This document shows, piece by piece, positions 1 through 8,177 of a DNA stretch of 64,000 nt. The notes under the pieces were generated by a model. The model saw only the letters and a program-made list of their open reading frames with translations. It did not search any database and was not told the origin of the DNA. The position numbers and the translations under genes are program-made. Source of the stretch: Candidatus Eiseniibacteriota bacterium (GTDB taxonomy: Bacteria > Eisenbacteria > RBG-16-71-46); contig JBBRLX010000006.1 of NCBI GenBank assembly GCA_038231135.1, positions 104,123-168,122 on the forward strand, given 5' to 3'. Within the stretch, counting starts at the first letter, position 1. Each line of letters opens with the position of its first letter.

Positions 1-780
1 TTCCCGCGGTGTGCGACGGGTTCGAGCTGAACGAAGCGGTGTTCCCGGCCGGCAGCCCGTCGAGCACGGCGGTGAGCGACGCGATCGCCTCGCCGTCGGG
101 GTCGGCGGCGGAGACATCGATCCTGAGCGGCTGGTTCTCGGTGACGGTCACCGTCGCAGGCGCGGTGACGGCAGGCGCCCGATCGGCTGCGGCCACGGTG
201 ATCGACGTCGCGCCGGACCCCGATAGCGCGTTCGACGCCGTGAACGTCACCGTGTAGGGACCGGGCCCGTCGGACAATGTGGGAGTCCAGCTCAGCGTGC
301 CCCCCGTCTGCGACGGGTTCGGCGTAAAGACCGCGGTGTTCGCGGCCGGCAGCCCGGACAGATTCGCGGTCAGTGACGCGATGGCGTCGCCGTCCACGTC
401 GGACGCGGTCACGGCGACGCTGATCGGAGCGCCCTGCGTGCCGCTCGTGCTCGCGGGCGCGGCGACGGTGGGCGCGCGGTCCACGTGCACGACCGAGATC
501 GTCGTGGCCGTGGTGCCCGACAGTCCATTCGCGGCGGTGAACGTGACGGTGTAGGGCCCGGGTGCGGATCCGAACGCCGGTGTCCAGGTGAACGTGCCCG
601 ACGTGGCATCCGCGGACGAACCGAACGTCGCGTGGTGCCCCGCAGGCAGGCCCGCGAGGTTGGCCGTCAGCGTGCTGATGGGCTGGGCGTCCGATGCGGA
701 CACGGCGAACACCAGCGGCTGGTTCTCGCTCACGGACATGCTCTGCGGCGCGACGACCACCGGCGGCAGATCGCTGCCCA
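1..780 (-). repeat. At least three intragenic Ig-like repeats, period about 297 nt
   Basis: GTGAACGT.AC.GTGTAGGG.CCGGG occurs at 240 and 537 (297 nt apart); the third unit is truncated by the window edge. Confidence 0.8.
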
Positions 781-2299
781 CCGCATGCTCGAACGGCCCG
801 CGATCCATGTACGTCACGGGACCGATGCCGGCATTCGGGACCGACGGATCGTCCGCGCGCGGATTGCCGTCCGCGTCGAACGCGGGCCAGTACGGCAGCC
901 CGGACATGCCGTTGTCGATTGCCGCCGAGCCCCCCAGCAGATGGAAGTCGCCGATCGCGGGGTTCGCGAACCGCGGATTCGCCTCGAGCGTGTGAACGTC
1001 CTTGCCGCTGGCGGCGGTGTAGGCCGACACCGAGCTGTACAGCGTCTTCACGTACTTGACGGGATAGTGGCCCCATTCGGAGTTCCAGAACAGGTTGTAG
1101 TCCGACTGGAACCCGACCGCGGACGTCCCGTCGACCCACAGGTTGAACTCGGTCGTCGTGAAGCCGTTGTCGACCGCGATGCAGTCATAGAGCTGGTTGT
1201 TAGGCGACGAGCCTTCGATCGACCAGCCGTCCTTGTAGTTCTTGTACGCCAGGTCTCCGATGTACAGGTTGCCGACCGCGCCCAGGTTGTCGTAGCCGTG
1301 GTCGCCGTTGTTCCACGAGTAGTTGCCGAGGCAGATGTTGTAGTTGGCGCCGGTGTAGAGATTGAGGCCGGTGTCCTGGTTGTGATGCAGGTTGTTGTTC
1401 TCGAACCGGTTCCCCACGCCGTGCGACAGATAGATGCCGTTCGCGGCGCGCTCACGCGGACGCCAGTTGCCCCACGACTCCAAGTTGCGCACGACGGAGC
1501 TGTCGCAGGAGGTCAGGTAGACGCCGTGATCCGCGTTGAGCCACGCTCGGGAGTTCTGGATCAATTCGTAGGACGAGTTCACGATCGAGATGCCGTACTT
1601 GCCGCAATATGAGATCGCGAGACTCGCCAGCGTGCAGTGGTTCGCCGCGGCCGACAGGTAGATCGACTTGTCCTCGGTGCGCGTGATCGTGAAGCCCTGC
1701 AGCGTGACCCACGAGCGCGCCGGCAACAGGAATGCCGAGAGGCGCTTGCCCACCATCAACTGCTGCGCCCCGGGGTTGCCGCCACCCACGTTCACGTACA
1801 GGCCGGTGCCGCTCACCCACGTGCAGGAGTTCGCGGGGATCGTCGTCGGCGAGACGAACGTCGAGTCGAGCAGCCGGGCGCCGTTCGCGAACACCTGCAC
1901 CGGGCTCCAGTTGACGGTCGATGCGAGCCACACGTCGCCCGCGACCTGCGTCCAGCGGCTCGGCGAGCCGAAGTCGTCGGCGCCGTCGATCACCGTCGCC
2001 GGGCTCTCCGCCAGCACGGTGTACGGGCTGGCCGCCGTTCCGGAACTCTTGATCGTCACCTGTTCACGATAAACGCCGGCCTTCACCAGGATTGTGGTGC
2101 CGGCGGCCTGGCGCGCGGTCACCGCCGCTGCGATCGTCCGGTAGGGAAGTGCCGCGGTGCCGGGATTCGCGTCGTTGGCGGACGGGTTCGGGCCGTCCAC
2201 GTAGTACGTGTCCGCGGCGACGCGTCCCGCCGCCCACAGCATCAAGGCCAGCGTGACGACGACAATCTTGGATGTAGTGCGCGATAGGCGCAGGAACAC
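1..2299 (-). CDS. Secreted right-handed parallel beta-helix protein with tandem ~99-aa Ig/cadherin-like repeats; runs off the window start
   Basis: Manual translation: GTG at 2299 with AGGAG upstream; signal peptide then DTYYVDG..SANDANPGTAALPYRTI (DUF1565-like N-cap), Asn/Gly-rich beta-helix rungs (GNRFENNNLHHNQDTGL), NPRF..GDFHLLGGSAAIDNG, then repeated DRAP.V..P...TWTP...GPYTVTFTA units; the frame is still open at position 2. Confidence 0.85.
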   Translation of the reverse strand, partial: MFLRLSRTTSKIVVVTLALMLWAAGRVAADTYYVDGPNPSANDANPGTAALPYRTIAAAVTARQAAGTTILVKAGVYREQVTIKSSGTAASPYTVLAESPATVIDGADDFGSPSRWTQVAGDVWLASTVNWSPVQVFANGARLLDSTFVSPTTIPANSCTWVSGTGLYVNVGGGNPGAQQLMVGKRLSAFLLPARSWVTLQGFTITRTEDKSIYLSAAANHCTLASLAISYCGKYGISIVNSSYELIQNSRAWLNADHGVYLTSCDSSVVRNLESWGNWRPRERAANGIYLSHGVGNRFENNNLHHNQDTGLNLYTGANYNICLGNYSWNNGDHGYDNLGAVGNLYIGDLAYKNYKDGWSIEGSSPNNQLYDCIAVDNGFTTTEFNLWVDGTSAVGFQSDYNLFWNSEWGHYPVKYVKTLYSSVSAYTAASGKDVHTLEANPRFANPAIGDFHLLGGSAAIDNGMSGLPYWPAFDADGNPRADDPSVPNAGIGPVTYMDRGPFEHAVGSDLPPVVVAPQSMSVSENQPLVFAVSASDAQPISTLTANLAGLPAGHHATFGSSADATSGTFTWTPAFGSAPGPYTVTFTAANGLSGTTATTISVVHVDRAPTVAAPASTSGTQGAPISVAVTASDVDGDAIASLTANLSGLPAANTAVFTPNPSQTGGTLSWTPTLSDGPGPYTVTFTASNALSGSGATSITVAAADRAPAVTAPATVTVTENQPLRIDVSAADPDGEAIASLTAVLDGLPAGNTASFSSNPSHTAG

Positions 2300-2500
2300 G
2301 TCCACGCTCCTGAGGCACCGTCCATGGCACGGTGAACTTTGGATGGGAATACAAAACGGCACGCGCGGCGTTGCCCTGTAGTTGAACAAAGCGGTCGCCG
2401 CGTTCGATACCTGCGAGGTCTCTACAAAGCCGTCAACGCAACTTCCGTACCCTGGGGTCCGGACCGCGGACGCGACGGCTGCCAAGCAATTTGCCCGGGT

Positions 2501-2515
2501 TTCCTCTCGGGAAAC
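2501..2515. promoter_or_regulatory. Putative operator/enhancer site TTCCTCTCGGGAAAC (within the dyad GGTTTCC-N5-GGAAACC)
   Basis: Intergenic dyad; 14/15 identical to 5182-5196. Confidence 0.45.
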
Positions 2516-2607
2516 CTTTGGAAATCCGGAGGAATCGTCGAGATTCACGACAATTGCGCTGGGTAGTCATGCGATTTGAGTGCAGTCTGGCCAGGGTTCA
2601 ATTGGGT

Positions 2608-2626
2608 CTGTGGCAGTTCGCCACAG
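2608..2626. promoter_or_regulatory. Perfect inverted repeat CTGTGGC-N5-GCCACAG, possible regulator site
   Basis: Seen directly in the divergent intergenic region. Confidence 0.3.
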
Positions 2627-2866
2627 TCGCATCCGGAGTCCCCCGGATCGGCGGGGGAGGGAGTCCACCCCGGCTGGGGGAATTCACCCGTCGCTTGCGC
2701 CATGAGGCACGGGTCCCGTACCGCGATGACGCGCGCCGGCCGCGGCTCACGGGACAAATCGGGCCGTGGAGTGATGTATGATCGTGTCCGAATCGGAAGC
2801 ATAATCGTGACCCCTCGAGCGCCAGCGCGAGCCGGGCGATCATGGCCGCTGGGAGCTCCCACATTC

Positions 2867-4231
2867 ATGCCGGTGCATTTCGCTGAAGACGATGCCGGTG
2901 CGGCGCCGCGGCGGTTCGCGCAACGCGTAATGCTGCTCGGGGTCGTGGTGGTGTCGGCGCTCGCACTCGCGATCCCGCGATTCCACAACGACACGGCCGG
3001 CCCCGGTCCCGATCTGCGGGGCATCCAGGTCGCACCCGCGCCCGTGGGGACGCTCGGTAGGATGGCCCCCGACAGCGCCGTCGTGATCGTCTATGGCGAC
3101 AGCCGCACCGGGCATCGGGTGCTGACGCAACGATCGGGCGCCCGGATGCTGTACGAGGCGGCGCAATCGCATCGTCCGTCGATGTGGCTCGCCGGGCTCG
3201 AGAATCTGCCGGCGACGGCGCTCGAGGTCGTGTACCCGGACTTCATGGGTTTGCGCGACGTGTGGTCCACGTTCGTCAGCCATCGATTCACAGGCGGCAA
3301 TCAGCCGGGCGTGCTCCGCGCGCTCGAGGCCAACACAGCGGTCGATTTGATCGTGAACACCGGCGACCTGGTGGAGGACGGCCGGCAGCACGTGCAGTGG
3401 GAGGAGTTCGCCGGGTCCCATGCGGCGTTGCGCAACCTCGCGCCGTTCGTCGCCGCCCCCGGCAACCACGAGGCGCTGTGGAAGGCCGCGGCGCGGCGGA
3501 ACTGGGACGCGATCATGGGGCCGCCGCGCGCGCCATTCAGCTACTGGTCGTCCGTGGCCCTCGGTCGGCTGGCGCGGTTCGTCATCCTCGACAGCAACCT
3601 GTTCACGGATCCTCACGACCACTATCCGCCGGCGCTCGAGCAGGCGCTCGTCGACGAACAGCTCGCGTGGGCCGACTCCATGCTCGCCGGTCCCGAGCGG
3701 TTCAAGTTCGTGGTGCTGCATCATCCGCTGGTCACATCGGGGCACCACTGGGACGAATGGACATCGCAGGACGAGCACCCGGCCCAGGACCGCCGCATCC
3801 AGCTGCTCGAGATCCTGAGGCGCCGCCACGTCACCGCGGTGCTCGCGGGCCACGAACACCTGTTTCAGCGGAGCTGGATCTCGGAGCCCGGCGGCGGCGG
3901 ATTGTGGCACATCACCACCGGCGGTGGGGGATCGCCGCTGCACTATGTGACCGACGACGATCGCCGGCGGGCCCGGACGCAGTCGCTGCCGGACTCGGCG
4001 GCGATCGGCGAGATGTTCCCCGAGCAGTCGGTCTACCACTATTGCCGGCTCGTGCTGCGGCCGGATCCCGCGCCCGGCATGGCGGCCGCCGAGTTGCGCA
4101 TCTACCGGGTCGACAGCGCCGGCGCGGCACGGTTGATCGACACCGTGGATCTCGCGTCGCCGCCGGGCGGGCCGGCGGTGAGCGCCGCCGATCATTCCCC
4201 TTTACGCAGGCGGAGTCCGGGCCTACCGTAA
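2867..4231 (+). CDS. Membrane-anchored calcineurin-like metallophosphoesterase (start uncertain, 2774 or 2867)
   Basis: N-terminal hydrophobic anchor; motifs YGDSR, NTGDLVE, PGNHE, LHHP, AGHEH, ITTGGGG. Confidence 0.85.
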   Translation: MPVHFAEDDAGAAPRRFAQRVMLLGVVVVSALALAIPRFHNDTAGPGPDLRGIQVAPAPVGTLGRMAPDSAVVIVYGDSRTGHRVLTQRSGARMLYEAAQSHRPSMWLAGLENLPATALEVVYPDFMGLRDVWSTFVSHRFTGGNQPGVLRALEANTAVDLIVNTGDLVEDGRQHVQWEEFAGSHAALRNLAPFVAAPGNHEALWKAAARRNWDAIMGPPRAPFSYWSSVALGRLARFVILDSNLFTDPHDHYPPALEQALVDEQLAWADSMLAGPERFKFVVLHHPLVTSGHHWDEWTSQDEHPAQDRRIQLLEILRRRHVTAVLAGHEHLFQRSWISEPGGGGLWHITTGGGGSPLHYVTDDDRRRARTQSLPDSAAIGEMFPEQSVYHYCRLVLRPDPAPGMAAAELRIYRVDSAGAARLIDTVDLASPPGGPAVSAADHSPLRRRSPGLP

Positions 4232-4315
4232 TGGGAGTGGTGCGCCGCCATGGCGCGCCGATCGGGTGCAGGGCCGGACCGGGTCCCACGTTCCTCGACC
4301 GGGTTCGGAGTGGCA

Positions 4316-5041
4316 GTGACCGCACGCATCCCATTGTTCGAATTCATGCCGTACGGAGCACCCGAGCTGCATGAGGCGTCGCACCGCCACATGTTCCGCG
4401 CGCTGGCCGCCGCGAGTCTCGTGTGGGTCTTTGTGTTCGCGGCGGGCGTGATGACCGGCGCCCTGCCCGCGCCGGCGACTCGTTTCGTGACACCGACGGT
4501 CGAAGTGCTGCTCGCTCCACCGCCGCCCATGCTGCCGCCACCGCCGGCCCGGACCCAGCCGATCGCGCCCGCGACCTTGTCGCGTGCGCACGGCGCCATC
4601 ATCCCGGTGATCGACGAGCCGCCACCGCCGCCTTTGGCTCCGGACTGGCCGGGTGGCATCCGCGATGCGCAGGGCCTGCTGGGCGGCGAAGCCGGCGACG
4701 CGCCGCCCGTCACCGATCGCGGCGTCGTGGCCGAGCCGCCGCTGCCGAATCTTGGCGACAAGGTGCGCACCGACGAGCTGCCGGTCCTCGTCACCCTCAA
4801 CCAGCCCGAGTATCCGGACATCGCGCGCGAAGCCGGCGTAGAGGGTCTCGTCGTCGTCCACGTGCTCGTCGGCCGGGACGGTCGCGTGATCGACGCGCGG
4901 CTCGACGCGAAATTCTCGGTGCCGATGCTCGACGCCACGGCGCTGGCGTCCGCGCGCAAGCTGGTGTTCCAGCCCGCGATCGTGGACCACCATCCGGTGG
5001 CGGTGTGGGTCGAAATGCCGTACCGGTTTCACCTGCATTGA
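4316..5041 (+). CDS. TonB family energy transducer
   Basis: TM helix, Pro-rich linker, C-terminal PEYPDIAREAGVEGLVVVHVLVGRDGRV..LDATAL..FQPA; GTG start after GGAG. Confidence 0.9.
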   Translation: MTARIPLFEFMPYGAPELHEASHRHMFRALAAASLVWVFVFAAGVMTGALPAPATRFVTPTVEVLLAPPPPMLPPPPARTQPIAPATLSRAHGAIIPVIDEPPPPPLAPDWPGGIRDAQGLLGGEAGDAPPVTDRGVVAEPPLPNLGDKVRTDELPVLVTLNQPEYPDIAREAGVEGLVVVHVLVGRDGRVIDARLDAKFSVPMLDATALASARKLVFQPAIVDHHPVAVWVEMPYRFHLH

Positions 5042-5181
5042 GTGACCGCCGGCCGCGCGACCCCTTCGCGCGGCCGCGGTCCCGGAGCGTCCGACCCGGG
5101 TGCGGCAGGGGTTCGATGCCGCTGCACATCGTGTCGGGCGCGTTCGCCATCCCGTCCCACAACACTCCCGGTTGAAGTTTC

Positions 5182-5196
5182 TTCCACTCGGGAAAC
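5182..5196. promoter_or_regulatory. Putative operator/enhancer site TTCCACTCGGGAAAC
   Basis: Near-copy of 2501-2515, about 80-90 nt upstream of a sigma54-like element. Confidence 0.45.
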
Positions 5197-5274
5197 GCTG
5201 GTTGGGATGCGGCTCGCGCCGTCCCTCATCGCCAAGTTCTTAAGGCGAAGCGACTTAATAACTCCCACCGACGC

Positions 5275-5289
5275 TGGCACCAAAGTCGC
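5275..5289 (+). promoter_or_regulatory. Candidate sigma54 (-24/-12) promoter TGGCAC-CAAAG-TCGC
   Basis: GG and GC are correctly spaced, with one mismatch to TGGCAC-N5-TTGC; preceded by an AT-rich IHF-like tract at 5233-5258. Confidence 0.55.
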
Positions 5290-5403
5290 CTAGACCATGC
5301 CGACTGCAATCACCGCAGCATGGTCGAACCCATGCCACCGGCCGGAAGTTCGCGTCGTTAACAGCCAGACACGACCGACTTCACATCGAACGGACAAACT
5401 GCC

Positions 5404-6786
5404 ATGAATGCCATCGCACTCGCGATCCTGCTGCTGTCCGTGTCCGTGTCCCCCGTCGGCGCTGCCGCGCCTGCGGATTCGGACCGAGTGTCCGACCGCG
5501 CGAGCGCACCGCCGATTGCGGAGAACGCGGACAGCCTCGCAGCGTCCTATGCAGCGCCCTGGAATCCGCCGCGGCCCCTGCTCGCGCGCCGGCCGTGGGA
5601 GCGGGCGATGCTGTTGCCCGGGCGCATCATTTCGCTGCCGCTATCGGGCCTGGGATACCTCACGCGGCGCTCCATGCTCGTGATCGAGGACAGCGGCCGG
5701 GTGCCGATGGGCCCGCAGCCGCCGCGCGCGAAGCACTCGCCGTCCGTGGCGGTCGGATTGTCCCACTTCGGCGATCGCACGGGCGTAGGGCTGTCGCTGG
5801 AGCTGCGCACCCCGGAGCCGCGCCGCGAGTTCGTGCCACGATTCGGCGTCCAGTACTCAGCCACGACGCATTTTTATAACCGCACGCAGGCCACGCTGAC
5901 GAGCGGCCCCGCGAGCCTTCAGTATGCATATGAGTGGCGCCCGCAGGAGCAATTCCATGGCATCGGTCTCGAGAGCGCCGAGGACAGCCTGTCCGACTAT
6001 GCCATCGAGTTCGAGACGGCGCGCGCGGGACTCACCAGAGCCTGGGGCCGGGACCCGGATCGCAATCAGCCCCGGCTGACCCTCAATGCGTGGGGCGGCC
6101 CGCGCAGCGCCCTCACCAGCACCGGCCGCGACGCCAGGCAGGTGCCGTTCGACCGCCGCTTCCCCGGGCTGGCCGGGCTCACGCTCGGACGGCGCGTCGA
6201 GCACCTGACCTACGGCGCCGCGATCAAGCTCGACGAACGTCGGGGCGCTCCCCACTGGAGCCGCGGCGGCGCGCTGACGCTGGCGGCGGAGAACTTCACG
6301 GACCCGGTGCGCGCGCTGGCGCTCCACGATGCCGCCGCGACCGGAGCGGGGTTCCGCCGCTTCACCGGCCAGCTCGACGTGGGCACCTCGTTCATGCGCG
6401 ACCCGCGCTCCCTGCGGCTGATGGCGAAGGTCGTCGATCAGCAGGTCGACGCGCGCGCGGACCGGTTCCTGGTGGCCGATCTGGCCACGCTCGGCGGCCG
6501 CGACGGACTGCTGGGTTACTCGCCAGGACGGTTTCGTGACAAGGACCTGCTGCTCACGCGGCTGACGTATGTGTTCCCGCTCGCGCGGCGGTTCGAAGTC
6601 GATCTGCATTCTGAGTTCGGCGGGGTCTATGGCGACGTGTGGCACGACGTCCGGATCGGCGGGCTCAAACACTCGTTCGGCATGTCACTGAGGGGACGCG
6701 GGGATCGCACTGCGCGCGGGGCGGTCGGATTCGACATCAGCCCCGAATCGATCCGGATCAACTACACACTGGGGGTGCCGGAATGA
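5404..6786 (+). CDS. Omp85/BamA-TamA superfamily outer-membrane beta-barrel without POTRA domains
   Basis: Signal peptide; alternating beta-strands; LGGRDGLLGYSPGRFRDKD resembles the Omp85 loop-6 (LRGY..RFRD) motif; C-terminal strands. Confidence 0.7.
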   Translation: MNAIALAILLLSVSVSPVGAAAPADSDRVSDRASAPPIAENADSLAASYAAPWNPPRPLLARRPWERAMLLPGRIISLPLSGLGYLTRRSMLVIEDSGRVPMGPQPPRAKHSPSVAVGLSHFGDRTGVGLSLELRTPEPRREFVPRFGVQYSATTHFYNRTQATLTSGPASLQYAYEWRPQEQFHGIGLESAEDSLSDYAIEFETARAGLTRAWGRDPDRNQPRLTLNAWGGPRSALTSTGRDARQVPFDRRFPGLAGLTLGRRVEHLTYGAAIKLDERRGAPHWSRGGALTLAAENFTDPVRALALHDAAATGAGFRRFTGQLDVGTSFMRDPRSLRLMAKVVDQQVDARADRFLVADLATLGGRDGLLGYSPGRFRDKDLLLTRLTYVFPLARRFEVDLHSEFGGVYGDVWHDVRIGGLKHSFGMSLRGRGDRTARGAVGFDISPESIRINYTLGVPE

Positions 6787-8177
6787 GCCGCTCGATCGCA
6801 GGCGTGATGCTGGCAGTGCTCCTCGCCGGCACGGGTGCCGCGGGCGCGATCGCACGGGCGGCCGATACGACGAAGGAGCACGCCACGGCACCGGGCGCCG
6901 CGGCCGCGCGTGATTCGGGCTCGGCCAGGCATGCCGGCCCCGAGCCACATCCCTATTCCTATGCCTACGACATACTCGACAACAGTTTCGTGCGACCGGC
7001 CACCCGGGTGCTCGACGTGGCACTGCTGGCGCGCAAGCTGACCGGCAATCTCCGCGAGGCGGCGAACATCGACGACCAGGACCAGGTGCGGCTGCCGAGC
7101 ACCTGGTGGCAGCCGCGCCTGGGGTTCCGCCCGGTGACGGTCGCGCAGATGCTCACCGGCCCGGGGCCCGGCACCGGTCCCGCCCCCGGCAAGTGGACGG
7201 TGACGAAGGCCAAGGACCAGGGCGTGACGCCGGGATTCCAGATCGAGGATTCACACGGGGACAAGTTCCTGCTCAAATTCGATCCCGTGGGATGGCCCGA
7301 CCTCGCGTCCGGCGCCGCCGTGATCGGCAGCCGCCTCATGTGGGCGGCCGGCTACAACGTGCCCGACGACGCGATCGGGCAGTTCCGCCCCGAGGATCTC
7401 GAGATCAAGCGGGGCGCGACCTACACCGACGCCAACCGCCGCAAACAGCCGATCAACGACGCGTACATCCAGCAACTCCTCGCGCGGGTCGCGCGTCAGC
7501 AGGACGGCAGCTACCGCTGCATCGCGAGCCGGATGCTCGATGGCAAGCCGCTCGGGCCGTTCGAATATCATGGCCGCCAGCGCGACGATCCCGAGGACCG
7601 GATTCCGCACGAGCTGCGGCGTGAGCTGCGGGGGCTGTGGACGGTGTGCGCGTGGCTCAATCACGCGGACAGCCGCGGCCCGAATACGCTCGACATGTGG
7701 GTCACCGATCACGGCCGGTCGTTCGTACGCCACAACCTGATCGACTTCAGCGCCATCCTCGGCGCCGGTGCGACCGGCAAGCGGGCGTACGCCACCGGGA
7801 CGGAGTACTATGTCGACTTCGGCGTGATGCGCCGGGAGTTGACGACCCTGGGGCTGCGGCCCTTCGCCTGGGAATCCTCGGTGGATCCAAACATGAAGGC
7901 AGTCGGGTTCGTGGAGTCCGCGACGTTCGATCCCGTCGGGTGGCGGCCCGACTATCCCAACCCCGCGTTCGACGCGCGCACCGAGCGCGACATTCGCTGG
8001 GGCGCCCGGATCGTGGCGGGCTTCACGGATGACCACATTCGTGCCGCCGTCGACGCCGCGAAGTATTCCGATCCGCGTGCGGCCGCGTACATCACCCGCG
8101 TGCTGATCGAGCGCCGCGACAAGCTGGTGCGGCGGTGGCTCGGCGCGGAGGCCGCTCGACTGCAGGCTGGCCGATGA
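6783..8177 (+). CDS. Secreted protein with HipA/PI4K-like atypical kinase motifs
   Basis: ATGA overlap with the upstream gene; signal peptide MSRSIAGVMLAVLLAG..ARA; QGVTPGF, KFLLKFD, AGYNVP, WLNHADSRGPN, LIDF. Confidence 0.6.
   Translation: MSRSIAGVMLAVLLAGTGAAGAIARAADTTKEHATAPGAAAARDSGSARHAGPEPHPYSYAYDILDNSFVRPATRVLDVALLARKLTGNLREAANIDDQDQVRLPSTWWQPRLGFRPVTVAQMLTGPGPGTGPAPGKWTVTKAKDQGVTPGFQIEDSHGDKFLLKFDPVGWPDLASGAAVIGSRLMWAAGYNVPDDAIGQFRPEDLEIKRGATYTDANRRKQPINDAYIQQLLARVARQQDGSYRCIASRMLDGKPLGPFEYHGRQRDDPEDRIPHELRRELRGLWTVCAWLNHADSRGPNTLDMWVTDHGRSFVRHNLIDFSAILGAGATGKRAYATGTEYYVDFGVMRRELTTLGLRPFAWESSVDPNMKAVGFVESATFDPVGWRPDYPNPAFDARTERDIRWGARIVAGFTDDHIRAAVDAAKYSDPRAAAYITRVLIERRDKLVRRWLGAEAARLQAGR

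Noticed and set aside
2481..2497. Sigma54-like element on the minus strand (GGGCAAATTGCTTGGC)
   Set aside because: The -12 GC is off by one base
6783..8177. Reading the kinase-fold gene as a HipA toxin
   Set aside because: It has a signal peptide and no adjacent HTH antitoxin gene
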